The notes under the pieces were generated by a model, which was not told where the DNA came from, did not search any database, and saw only the letters and a list, made by a program, of their open reading frames with translations. Positions 41,117 to 54,779 of a stretch of 64,000 nt of DNA are shown piece after piece. A program made the position numbers and the translations under genes. Position 1 is the stretch's first letter, and every line of letters starts with the position of its first letter. This DNA comes from Eledone cirrhosa. Its lineage: Eukaryota. The stretch is from positions 67,580,001 to 67,644,000 of the forward strand of contig OZ024741.1 of the NCBI GenBank assembly GCA_964016885.1, written 5' to 3'.

Positions 41117-41440
41117 AGTATGTGTTGGTTGTTTACCGACACCTCAGTATGCAGGTAGGTGCACTCAGTGAAGTCCGCAGGCTGGTTTGTTCACTCCGGA
41201 GTAATGTAAAATAATACGTGTAGGTCAAACATGTTAAAGTTGGCTTCATTTATTCCAATTCACTGCTATACATATTTCAGTGACACCCATTATTGGTTGT
41301 GACCTCATCAGGCAGCAATAATTAAGGCAGAAAAATCAGGAAAACATGATGTTGTAATGGGTACTACACTGTTAATTCATCGATAATCCAGCTCCTGGGT
41401 ATGTTGTTAGTCCTCAAAGGAACTGGAATTATTGATGGGT
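41115..41440 (-). mobile_element. PLE pLTR-like repeat (family G)
   Basis: Related to 52410-52720 and 13200-13420; abuts (TA)n. Confidence 0.7.
41261..41317 (-). ncRNA. Type I hammerhead ribozyme (family G)
   Basis: UGCUGC-CUGAUGA-GGUCACAACCA/UGGGUGUCACU-GAAA-UAUGUA-UA-GCAGUG. Confidence 0.8.
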
Positions 41441-41477
41441 AAAGAAGGGATAACGTTCGTCACAGATTAGTAATAAT

Positions 41478-41692
41478 GATTTCTAGTATAGGCACGAGGC
41501 CAGTAATTTGGGGGAAGGGGGAAGTCGATTACATCGACCCCAGTACGTTACTGGTGCTTTATTTTATCGACCCCGTAAGGATGAATGGCAAAGTTAACCT
41601 CGGAGGGATTTGAAATCAGACCGTAAAGGGCCGTAACTATATGCTGCAAAGCATGGCGTCCGACACTCTAGCGATACGGGCAATCTACCGCT
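41478..41692 (-). mobile_element. SINE family 1
   Basis: Full-length reverse copy. Confidence 0.85.
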
Positions 41693-41999
41693 CTTTTAAC
41701 TACCAATAATAATATATTGAGAATGTTTTACAAATTACGTTTACCGCAATACAGTACAGATATATCAAATACTGCATGGCAATGTTTCATGAAAGTTTTC
41801 TGTAAAAGAATGTAGTATGTTTATACCAATCCTACGTTATAAACAGGCATACACTTGTGGTTAACGTTTTTGCTTCAACTGTATGGTACCGTATTCGCTC
41901 ACATTGCACCGCTCTTTGAGAAAGAATTTTCAACCATTGCCTTTCGTTGACCCAATCACTGTGGGTGAAACATTCATATATTTCCGTCACTAATATTCT

Positions 42000-43215
42000 C
42001 CTGATGCAGTTTATATATAATATCATCTTTTTTTAATGTATCATGGATTACGATACTGATTACATAAAACAGTGTAACACAGTCTTCGTTCAATTTCTGT
42101 GTATATTGTCAATTACGATTTTATTTGATGTATCATATCTACATGCATATATACTTGCGTATAATATCAATATACACACTACACATGCTAGCATGTGTAG
42201 TGTGTATATTGATATTATACGCAAGTATATATAATATACATATGTACATGTACATACATATATGTATACAGACCCACAGTAGTATGTATATATATACATA
42301 CATGCACACATATATATATATGTACGTATGGATTTACCGAACATTTATTATAATGCCCGGTGTATTTGTAAACAAACATCCCGTATTAAGCCGTAGTGTC
42401 CAGCAACCATCGTTGTTCGTTTGTTCAACACCGACAAAGGAACGCTTATTAGCTATCGTCAGCAACGTATACCTTCCTGCCAGATTGTTGAACGTATATA
42501 CTTACCTTATGCATATTAACGGCTGAGTAGCCCAATTTGCATATCGAGTGGGTTAATCGGCCGAGTGCACCGAAAACGATAAACGGAAAAAATGAAACGA
42601 AATTTCATTTCTCACACTTAGTACGGCTGTTACTTAAATATAAGTATGTACACGTACATACATATATGTATGGAAAAAATATACATACTACTGTACGTCT
42701 GTATACATATATGTATGTACGTATACATACTTATATTTAAGTAACAGCGTACTAAGTGTGAGAAATGAAATTTCGTTTCATTTTTTCCGTTTCCGTTTTT
42801 CGGTGCACTCGGCCGATTAACCCACTCGATATGCAAATTGGGCTACTCAGCTGTTAATATGCATAAGGTAAGTATATACGTTCAACAATCTGGCAGGAAG
42901 GTATACGTTGCTGACGATAGCTAATAAGCTTGAAACTAGTACAGCGTTCCATTGTCAGTGTTGAACAAACGAGCAACGATGGTTGCTGGACACTACGGCT
43001 TAATACGGGATGTTTGTTTACAAACACACCGAGCATTATAATAAATGTTCGGTGAATCCATACGTACATATATATATGTGTGCATGTATGTATATATATA
43101 TACATACTACTGTGCGTCTGTATACATATATGTATGTACGTGTACATACTTATATTTAAGTAACAGCCGTACTAAGAGTGGGAAATGAAATTTCGTTTCA
43201 TTTTTTCCGTTTATA
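42000..43215. mobile_element. Fold-back cluster of family C repeat
   Basis: About 42240-42670 is inverted to 42680-43160. The left part (42000-42190) is a reverse copy of 29417-29612. Confidence 0.8.
42905..42947 (+). ncRNA. Minimal Type I hammerhead (family C, best copy)
   Basis: ACGUUG-CUGACGA-UAGCU-AAUA-AGCUU-GAAA-CUAG-UA-CAGCGU. Confidence 0.82.
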
Positions 43216-43884
43216 TATAATATAATATTTCTGTTTGTTAATATATATAGGAGTTAGATTAATACTTTTCATTGCTTGATATAAATTTCCAGATTTCATA
43301 CTATTCCTAAGAAGCTTGTTGATTTGAGTTTGTCTCCGTTTTGCGTAGCTTAAAATAACCTATATTCCGATACAATTATTACTTTTGTTCCTCTTTATTA
43401 TATATTAAAACACTGTATAAACCAGCCTGAGTTTTCTGCCACCAACTAAAATATTTCCGATCAAAATTGAGCTCGAATCATTCCCGAGAATAAGTGCTAT
43501 TTTGTGTAGGAAAAATTAGCAGTGTCGTTCGAAAGTCGGATAGAATGTGCTCTAATTTCAAATGCTATATAGATCAAATGTGCCTTTCAAACATTCGAGG
43601 TCCTTAAAAAAGAACCAGTCAAGGACTAGGGTCCATTCTTCCTCTATATTTCTTTCTTTCTTCCACTTTATCACTCTCACTTTTCTTCTTACGAAGAAAT
43701 CGGCTGTTTTCAGATAGTAATGACTTCATGTAAATAGAAAGAATGTCTTATTTAGCGATTTCAGATCAAATCAGGGTTCCAGCGTTTATAGGAATATTTA
43801 TTGAAATATAAAACAATGTGTTCTGTATAACTCTTACAACTGAAGAACTAGGATCTTCAAATATACGTTTTACAAGCAACCACC

Positions 43885-44010
<126 letters not shown>

Positions 44011-44018
44011 TATGTATA

Positions 44019-44151
<133 letters not shown>

Positions 44152-44207
44152 GAAAGACGTAAAAAAAGAAACTTTTAAAAATTAAAAGTCAACTTACTAA
44201 AATTTTC

Positions 44208-44289
44208 ACTCCAACTAATTAGTTTCTGTAATGGGATAAGTATAGTTACACAATGTATCTATCGAGAATTCATTACGTCATCAGGGAGT
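44208..44289 (-). ncRNA. Type I hammerhead (family A, second copy)
   Basis: Homologous to 3128-3209 with the core intact; the element ends in (TA)n at about 44150. Confidence 0.72.
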
Positions 44290-44640
44290 CTATTCTCAGC
44301 TAAGTTCCCAGGTAATGCGCGGACACTAGGAACACATATAAAAATAATAATTCAGTGGATGTAATAAGCTAGCGGGGACTAAATTCCATAGCACTGAAAA
44401 AGTTCTCTGCCTCTGGTCAGTGGTGGATTCTAAAGAATCAATCACGTGACACTGAGGTTAGTCAGTTAGGAGTGGGGTGGTATTATGACAAGAGCGTACT
44501 ACTACTACTATGAATTAGCAGTAGATTTGGCAAGTTTGCTCAACAAATAATTTGGAGATAAATATAGAGAAATAATACATCTACCAACATATTCGTACAG
44601 ATGTACACTAATACTAGTAAATATATAAGTTATGTCAAAG

Positions 44641-44774
<134 letters not shown>

Positions 44775-44775
44775 G

Positions 44776-44922
<147 letters not shown>

Positions 44923-44949
44923 GTATATATGTATATATATATATAACTA

Positions 44950-45120
44950 GTGAAGGCGTGTGGCTGAGTGGTTAGAGAATTGGATTCACAATCTTGAGCT
45001 TGTGAGTTCGATTCCTGGACTGGGCGATGCGTTATGTCCTTGAGCAAGACACTTTATTTCACGTTGCTCCTTCTACCTGGAGTTGCGACCGATAGATAGT
45101 ACTAGCAACTGGAAAGACCA
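44950..45120 (+). mobile_element. tRNA-derived SINE family 2
   Basis: A-box TGGCTGAGTGG, B-box GTTCGATTCC, core CCTTGAGCAAGACACTTTATTTC. Confidence 0.88.
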
Positions 45121-45219
45121 ACGGAAACATTGTTTCCTCGGTCCGATTTGACGAAAGTCGATCGATTAAAATATATAACTAGGGTCTTCAAATATACGTT
45201 TTACAAGCAACCACCACAG

Positions 45220-45252
<33 letters not shown>

Positions 45253-45756
45253 TAGAGCTTTGGCTTACAAACGTGAGGCTGTGCGTTCGATACTCAGACT
45301 GGGTTTAGCTTGTGTTCTTGAGCAAGACATTTTATTTCACGTTGCTCCAATCCACTCAGCTGTAGAAAGGTGCTGGATGCATCCAGTTTTTTTAATGCCC
45401 AAGACAACCTGTATGTTACTACGATACTCCTACGCATCCATCAAGTGGTATGGGTACATACATAAATGAATAAAATGGGTAATAACAGTTACGGTTTGAA
45501 TGTTCAAATACAACATAAAAAATAATTACAATATTAATGATAGTCTGTAACTGAAATGGTGTTCTCTTCCATTATATATATTAATAACCTGACTCTGTGA
45601 ACTGAATAAATGATTAGAAGAAAAGGCAGATGATAAAAAAAAATAGGTTGAAATACGTGATGTAAAAAACCGCTGTAATATTCTGGTGTTTGACTTAGAT
45701 TGGACGAGAACCTTTTGTTCCAATAGTTGGTGTTTTACTAAATAAAAGGTACTTAA

Positions 45757-46083
45757 GAAACAACTACAACAACAACAACAACAGCAGCAACAACTACAAC
45801 AACAACAATAGCAACAACAACAGCAACATCAAATACAACAACAATAGTAGCAACAACAACTACAACAACAACAATAGCCACAACAACAGCAACATCAAAT
45901 ACAACAACAACAACAACAAATACAACAACAACAATAACAATAACTACAACAACAACAGCAATAACAATAACTACAACAACAACAACAGTAGCAGCAACAA
46001 CAACTACTACAACAACAATAGCAACAAAAACAGCAACAACAACTACAATAACAACAACAGCAGCAGCAGCAACAGCAACTACT

Positions 46084-46117
<34 letters not shown>

Positions 46118-46445
46118 ATACAACAAATACAATAACAACAAATACAATAACAACAAATACAATAACAACAACATAAACAACAACAACAACAACAATAACA
46201 ATAACAATAACTACAACAACAACAGCAATAACAATAACTACAACAACAACAGTAGCAGCAACAACAACTACAACAACAACAATAGCAACAAAAACAGCAA
46301 CAACAACTACAATAACAATAACAACAACAATAACAACAGCAGCGGCAGCAACAACTACAGCAACAACAATAACAACAACAACAACAGCAACAACAATAAC
46401 AGTAGTAGCAACAACAACAGAAACAACAACAACAACGGTAGTAGC

Positions 46446-46477
<32 letters not shown>

Positions 46478-46680
46478 CGGCAACAACAACAACAACAGTA
46501 TAGCAACAACAACAACAGTATAGCAACAACAACAACAGCTGCAGCAACAGCAATATCAACAACAACAAATACAACAACAACAACAGTAGTAGCAACAACA
46601 ACAACAGTAACAACAACAACAACAACAACAGCAGTAACAACAACAACAACAACAGCAGCAGCAGCAACAACAACAGCAAC
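45757..46680. repeat. Degenerate (CAA)n trinucleotide tract
   Basis: Direct inspection. Confidence 0.95.
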
Positions 46681-46966
46681 TACATAATAATAATAATCAT
46701 ATTATCGATAAGAGGTTGTAAATGACATTTTTGTTCTATTCTATACATGAATGAATAGGCGGAACAGAAATATGGAATGGACGAATAGATGAACGAACGA
46801 ACAGAAGAATTTATCAGTTAATTAATTAACGTACTGCAATCTATTAACGAACAATTGATTACTTTTGAAATATCGGGCGGTATTTCAAGATTTTCTCTAA
46901 GAAATAATTTCAAGAGCCGCATTTTCTGAGGATTACCTTTCAAAAATGAGGTCAACCGATATTTGA

Positions 46967-47427
46967 TGTATGTACTTGTATGTACTTGTGTATGTACTTG
47001 TGTATGTACTTGTGTATGTACTTGTGTATGTACTTGTGTATGTGTGAGGGTGAGGGAGAATGTATATAATGTATGTAGTCATATTATTGGATTTGTGAGA
47101 GTGTATGTGTGAGAGTGTATGCGTGAGAGTGTATGTGTGAGAGTGTATGTGTGAGAGTGTATTTGTGAGAGTGTATGTGTGAGAGTGTATGTGTGAGAGT
47201 GTATGTGCGAGTGTGTATGTGTGAGTGTGTATGTGTGAGAGTGTATTTGTGAGAGTGTATGTGTGAGAGTGTATGTGTGAGAGTGTACGTAGAGAGTGTA
47301 TGTGTGAGAGTGTATGTGTGAGAGTGTATGTGTGAGAGTGTATGTGTGAGAGTGTATGTGTGAGAGTGTACGTAGAGAGTGTATGTGTGAGAGTGTATGT
47401 GTGAGAGTGTATGTGTGAGAGTGTATG
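46967..47427. repeat. 12-bp (TGTATGTACTTG) and 14-bp (GTGTGAGAGTGTAT) minisatellites
   Basis: Direct inspection. Confidence 0.95.
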
Positions 47428-47639
47428 CATCTATGTCTTTCATCTCCATTGTTACTTCTGTTTATCAATTATGGCTATATCAATTATACTAGTGCTGCAT
47501 GCACACACAACTGTACATACACACACAAATGTGCATACACACACACAGACACAGACACACACACACACACACACAGACACACGCACAAACACACACATAC
47601 ACACATATATATATGTATAGATAGATAGATAGATAACTT

Positions 47640-50400
47640 TCTTTTTATTTGCCACCAGGGCATCAAAGAGTGGGATAAGTACAATGGGGGGAGTTTACAT
47701 AAAAAGGCGTCCTCACTAAGGAGGAGGCAATAACAAAATATAAAAATATAAAATATAAAATATAACAAAAATAAATTGAATAACAAAATCCTCAATAGGG
47801 AGGAGGCGCCTTGGGGGGTGGGGTGGGGGGGGTCGCATCCCCCTCCCCCGAAAAAGGTGTGCAACCCTTCTCCTCAGGAGCACAGAGAGAGGGTGCTCCT
47901 TCAGCTTTCATCATTCTCACCTACAGTCTGATGTAGAGTGAAGGCCCATTCACACGGGCCATTCTCGCCACTTTCACCCATCTTTCAGAGAAACGGCTGG
48001 GGTGCAGTACCTCTCTCTCGATCCTGATCCTTCTTCCGAAATGATATCGGAAGAAACGGACCAGTTGTTGGCCAGAGAGAAAGGTGTCTGACCTCAGTCC
48101 TTTCAGACGCGTCCACCATACAACCTCTTTCGCCATGGCTATTACGCACAGAAACACCGCCTCTCCTTCGTTTTTGAAAAGAGGAGGCGGCTTGATCGTT
48201 ACAATAGACTCGGTGGTCAACCGGATCGGTCCCACCCGAGACAGCAGTCGTTCGACATAGCCCCACAGATCGGCAATGCCCAAGCAGTGTACCAATGCGT
48301 GTGCAACGGTTTCCTCGTCACACACGCATCTGGGACAGATCTTTTTCGAGGGGTCCCTACCCGGGCGCCCGTGTCTGTAGAGCCTTTCTCGAATGGGCAG
48401 AGCCCCTCGGTAGCACTGCATGGCCAGGGACCTCTGGAAGTTATCTATAGGTCCCAGGCTGAATGTCCTACCGAACAGGTTGGCCAGTTCGTTTTCCTCC
48501 ATGCCTAGGGCTTCTCCGAGGGCATCGTTGTACCTGCTAACCACCAGCCCTCTATAGAATGACGAGGTGGATTCTCCATTGAGAACCGGGTCCACCTGCC
48601 GGGTCCACCAGCCGGGTCCACCTGCCCAGGATTGCAGCTCGGTGAGCGAGACGAGTCTGGGAAAGGCTCGCCTTACAAACGTGGCCCACACCGGTTGACC
48701 GGTGAGGAATACCTAGAGATGCCATAGCCTTAATGCGTGTTTACGCATCATCAGCCACAGCATCCGAAGCCCTCCTTTTGAAGGGTGTTGACAGCAGATG
48801 GATCTCCACACCATAGGAGCCCGCTTCTTCCAAAGGAATTGGAAGAGTGCGTGCTCCATTTTGGCGAGCGTTTCCCTTGGGCAAGGCACGACGGTTAGGC
48901 GGTAGTAGATGACGGACGCTATATAAGTGTTCGCCACCTCCGCCCGACCTTTCAGGGACAGATTGCACTCGGCCCACTTCTTGGTCAGTGAAAACACCCT
49001 GTTCGTTACCTCACCCCAGTTCTTCTCCACCCGGAGGTATGGTCCGAACCAGAAACCGAGCAACTTCACCGGGCCCTCCGTCCAGCGCCCGACGACGCCA
49101 TCGGAGGGCATCGATTTGCCCCTCCACATTCCGAGTTGCAGACCGATCGACTTGTCCCGGTTCAGCTTAGCCCCTGTAAACCTTTTGTACTCCTCCCGTA
49201 AGATGCCGATCGCCACGATATCTGAGGCCGTCGACACCATTACTGTTACGTCATCGGCGTAGGCCGACACCGCTTTCCGCAATCCCGGTTCCAACGGGAT
49301 GCCCTGCAACAACTCTAACTTCCGCAGCAGTGGTTCTAGAGTCATTACATACAGAAGGGAGGAGAGAGGGCACCCTTGTCGGATGGACCGCGTGATTTCG
49401 AACGGCTCCGAGAGGTAGCCGTTCACCTTGACCCTAGAGCAGATGCGGCTGCTGTGCATGGCAGTGATCCAACCCCTGAAAACGTGTCCGAAGCCTGCCA
49501 CCGCTAGCACCGCATCCAGGTAACCATGGTCGACCCTATCTAACGCCTTAGATTGATCCAAGTTGATCAGGGCCCCACCAAAGCCGGATTCGTTCCCAAC
49601 CCTCTCTATGATGTATCGCATGAGGTGGAGGTTGTCGTGGATGGACCTGGACGGGATAGCACATGTCTGCGCATCTCCCACCAGGTTGCCCACGACAAGC
49701 GCCAACCTCTGTGCTAGCACCTTGGCCAAAATCTCTAACTCTGCATTTAGCAGAGTTATGGGCCTGAAATTATTTATATCGCCCCCCTTGTTCTCTTTAT
49801 TCCTCACTAGCGTGACTACGCCCTTGGTCAAAGCACAGGGAATTCTCCCGTTCTGTTGCCAGTTGCAGTAGACCGCATCGAGGAGATCGGGGAACAAGTC
49901 CGGCATAGCTAGATATAGTTCGTATGGAAGACCATCGAGACCCGGGGATTTGCGTTTGCCGCATTGGCTCAGCAGGTCCTCTATCTCTGCGGCTAAAATC
50001 GGCTCCTCGCAGGACTTCGCCTCCCTGTCCGAGAGACGCGGCAGGCCGTCGGGGCATGGACCGAAGTCCACTTCCCCAACCGTTTCCCCGCCCCTTCCGA
50101 AAAATCTGGCAAAGTGCTTTTGAAAAGCCTCGCACATCTGCTTAGGTTCAAGGATCACCCGTCCATCCTGGTCTCGCAAAGACCGGAGAGTGGATCTACT
50201 CCCTCTTTTGGCTGCTGTCACGCGGGCCCAGCTAACAGCTTTGGTCCCCTCGTTTCCCAGAGCACGTATTTTGCTTCGGACGATGCAGCCTTCGTGTTTC
50301 GCGTCGAAGAACTGGCCCAGGGCCGTTCTCGACGCTAGCATTCTGGCCACGTCGCTGCTTCTAATTGCCTCTTCTACACTATCTACCAACTCCCTTTCCT
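47640..50400 (-). mobile_element. 5'-truncated Tx1/L1-clade LINE (RT plus C-terminal zinc knuckle), one disruption near 48700
   Basis: KSPGLDGLPYE, FRPITLLN, LDQSKALDRVDH, RQGCPLS, YADD, then CPRC...ETVAHALVHC. 3' UTR ends AATAAAAAAG beside (GATA)n. Confidence 0.93.
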
Positions 50401-50763
50401 TCCTATTTCTATTTGAGGCTAACCCTTACTAAATTCTATAGAGACTACTCTAATCTCTATTTTGCTTTAAAATTTGAACGAAATCGGTGGCAAAATGTGG
50501 GAGCTAGAGCCAAAAATCTTATTTTTCGATACCTAAAAAAAGGTGACCCCCCCCCCCCTATCGATTTTTATCTGCAGAATGACCCCAGAATAAAAAAAAC
50601 GATACGCTGATATATAGAAAACACTCCCCGATGACTAATCTATAAGTCTGTAAGGTTTTATGAAAATCGGTCGTAAGATGTAGGCCCCTATAGGTAATAC
50701 ACAGACACACAGACACACACACACACATACTTAATTTCATATATATATAGAGATATATATATA

Positions 50764-50806
<43 letters not shown>

Positions 50807-50826
50807 ATGTGTGTGTGTGCGCGCGC

Positions 50827-50893
<67 letters not shown>

Positions 50894-51279
50894 GGTGCCT
50901 GCGGGTATACAATACATTTCGTTATCAACTGATAAATGTATCTCGCAATCTCTGTAGTTTACACTGTCAGCCTGGCTTCTTGGCTGTTTGCCTTTCTCGC
51001 TCTGCGTTTCAATCAATAGTTATATGTGTATTTGGTTTAGCATATTATTCATATACAATTCTTCCATTCCTATTCGTAATATCGCACAAAACCCTACTCA
51101 AATGCTATCCTACTGCAATCACACAAACAACGTTGACCACGCACACTACTAATACTTAATATTAATCAACATCAATTACAACAACTTGCCGATAGATTTG
51201 TCAAAGTATTACTGTCAGAAACCTCACTACTTCCACCAATATGCCTATCACCAATAACTACAGCAAAAATAAAATTATT

Positions 51280-51492
51280 TCCATTTTTGGTACAAGCCTA
51301 GCAAATTTGAGCGTGGGTGGAAATCAATTTTATCGAGCCGTGTATTTGACTGGTACTTTATTTTCTTGACCTCAGAAAGATGAAAGGCTAAGTTGACGTC
51401 ACCGGAATTGGAGCTCGGTGCGAAGTGGTCTGTAACAAATTGTTGTAAAGCATTTCAACCTATGCTCTAACGATTCTGTCAGTCTACCACCC
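51280..51492 (-). mobile_element. SINE family 1 (old, diverged)
   Basis: CTGGTACTTTATTTT...GATGAAAGGC core is recognisable. Confidence 0.65.
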
Positions 51493-51524
51493 TGTGCTGA
51501 AATAGTATTTGTGGAGTATGTTAT

Positions 51525-51930
51525 AGCTAGATATCCCCATAAACACACAGAGAGAAACGGTCTGTCATATCTTAAATATTTCCAAGATCGTCGCTCCCGA
51601 CATCAAACTAGCATCACCACCACCATCTGCATCGCTGAACTGGTTATCGCACATAATTGCTTCTTCTTCAATGCCAAGTTTACCAGTATGTCAATGGGGT
51701 CACTATGATCAATAAGATTGGCCTCATTTATATCAATGTTATACGTCACATCAAGCATGAAAGTGTTTCCCAGTTCATTGGAAGCAATCCAGAGCAGTAT
51801 TGTCACGACAGCATTAGAATCATCTCATTTATCAATGAACAGTTATATTGCTTACACCTACATGTCCGCCCCCCCCCCCTCCCTTGTATTTGAATTGGCT
51901 ACTGCATTTTAATTTTTCTGTTTCTAATGA
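51525..51930 (+). pseudogene. Decayed PLE-type reverse transcriptase fragment
   Basis: AELVIAHNCFFFNAKF / YQYVNGVTM resembles the PLE RT N.F.F...YQQ..G.AMG motif. Confidence 0.6.
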
Positions 51931-52334
51931 CCAACAGTTACATGTAATGTCCAAGCCCTCGCTGATCAAATGTCCTTGTCCCAAATCGTGTAATAAGTTT
52001 GCTGCACTTCAATCAATTTTAAACACTTCATTCATGAAAACTCCAGAATTTCTCTAGAAATTAGTGAAGCAGAGGCATTGTTTCAGGAAAAGTTTCAAAG
52101 ATTCCATTCACACTATTTTTCACCAGTCTCCGAGCATTTCACCATGTCAGCACATTGGATAATTCCATTGAAAGTCTCAGGATAGGATGTCTGTTGGCTC
52201 AGTTCACTAAACACTACGTAGCATCCTGATCAAAACAAAAGAACAACAAAAGTATTACATTATCATTCGACTCATAAACGGTTTCCCCTCTGCTATATAT
52301 CTATTACTATTTTATATATGTATATATATATCTA

Positions 52335-52971
<637 letters not shown>

Positions 52972-53387
52972 GAGGGGGAGCGACAGGCAGACAGACAAAG
53001 ATAAAAAGACGGAGAGGAGACGTATGAAAATGTGTGTTGCTTTGTATGTATGTGTACACGCGTGCGTGTGTGTTCGTGGATAGATGTGTATAGGTGCGTA
53101 TACAGACATTCATATGAATGCGAAAGTGTTTAAGTATTTATTTACTTGTGAGTACATAGTTCAGTTTAGGCATATTGGATAAATACATCTACCGTTCTGG
53201 AGAATGACGGGATGCGCTTGTCCTCAATATCGATACAGCAAATACCAGTAAAATCCAACATGGCCCCCGAAACAATTGTTTTGTGAGCTAGACAGAGCTT
53301 TCCTAGATTCTACCAGATAACAGAGCGGGGAAACCCCATCACATGCTCTCTCCAGATATACAATTGGCAGGTGCCTGTGTAATACCC

Positions 53388-53680
53388 TTCTTCTTCTTCT
53401 TCTTCTTCTTCTTCTTCTTCTTCTTCTTCTTCTTCTTCTTCTTCTTCTTCTTCTTCGCCCACTTATTCCTCAGAGGGTCTTGGAGTAAGAGTCCTCCAGC
53501 GGGTCCTGTCAGAAGCAACCGTCACCAGCCGATCGGGCTGGATCCCCAAGCGTGACCAGCCGAGCTCATCTTACTCTCTGGTTCTTCTACCGGCTGGTTT
53601 TGCCCGTAAAATCTGTCCAGTGATTCTCTCCTGAGACATTCTAACCATATGCCCGTAGTATGGGAGCTGTGATCTCTCAA
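53388..53680 (-). mobile_element. RTE-like LINE 3' end with (GAA)n tail
   Basis: QLPYYGHMVRM...KPAGRR, followed by a (GAA)n tail. Confidence 0.55.
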
Positions 53681-53737
53681 TTCGGAGAAATAGCAACTCT
53701 AGCTAGATTGACTTTCTGATCTATCGGGTATTATTAG

Positions 53738-53915
53738 TGCGGTGGATTGGCAGTATCGGTAGAGGGTCAGACGCCATGCTTTGACACATAGAGTTACGGC
53801 TCTTTCCATTCTGAGTTCAAATTCCGCCGAAGTTAAACTTTGTCTTTCATCCTTACGGGGTAGATAAAATAAAGTACCAGTAATGCACTGGTTAATTGCT
53901 GGCTAAAAGTAGAAA
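53738..53915 (+). mobile_element. SINE family 1
   Basis: Full-length copy with a short duplicated tail. Confidence 0.85.
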
Positions 53916-54204
53916 CAATTGTTACTGTGCTAAAAGTAGAAACAATTATTACTGTATTAAACAAATACACCGGAAATGTATCCCCTAATGTACAAAAAAC
54001 TTCGATAATCACGGCTAGAATGCCTTCGATTATAAGGCAGCTCGATCAGGACTAAACTGCAATGATAGGATGACTGCCAACAACGTAGTCAGCAATATTA
54101 CCCACACCACCAACATCTGCTCTATAACAAATCACTATTTATTACTAACAATACCAAGAAACAACAATGCATATAATACAACCAATACAACTAGCATTGA
54201 CAAG

Positions 54205-54418
54205 TGTCATCATCACCATAATAATCACCATCATCATCATCATCCATCGTCGTCATCGTCATCATCATTATCATCACCATCGTCATCATCAGACCATCAT
54301 CATCATCATGACCATCATCATCATCATCATTACTACCACCATCATCATCATCATCATCATAATAATCATCACCATCATCATTATCGCCATCACCATCATC
54401 GTCACCATCATCATCATT

Positions 54419-54450
<32 letters not shown>

Positions 54451-54495
54451 TATCATCGTCACCATCATCACCATCATTATCATTATTATAATCAT
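54205..54495. repeat. Degenerate (CAT)n tract
   Basis: Direct inspection. Confidence 0.95.
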
Positions 54496-54779
54496 CTTTA
54501 CTACCCTCTATTTCCTTCTCATCTCCGCCACCATTGTTGCCATCATCGTAGTAACCATAAACAAATCCATCACCCCCATCATCCCCACCACCACCATCTT
54601 CCTCATCTTCCTCATCTTCATCAGCATTATAACCAGTCGTACCATAATCCGAAATGAAGTTCCTAAATATAGCTCCAGACGCTCTCTTATCGATCTTTCC
54701 TGTCTTGGTACATGTCTTCAGAGCATTCTTGTTTACAGACAAACTTCTTAAGCATCTCCCTTTCATATTTCTTCCTTTC

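Noticed and set aside
44950-45025. tRNA gene
   Set aside because: A and B boxes are present but continue into a SINE core with no acceptor stem; this is a SINE head.
45753-46679. Poly-V/L/C or poly-Q/T/N protein
   Set aside because: (CAA)n low-complexity tract with stops and no flanking exon evidence.
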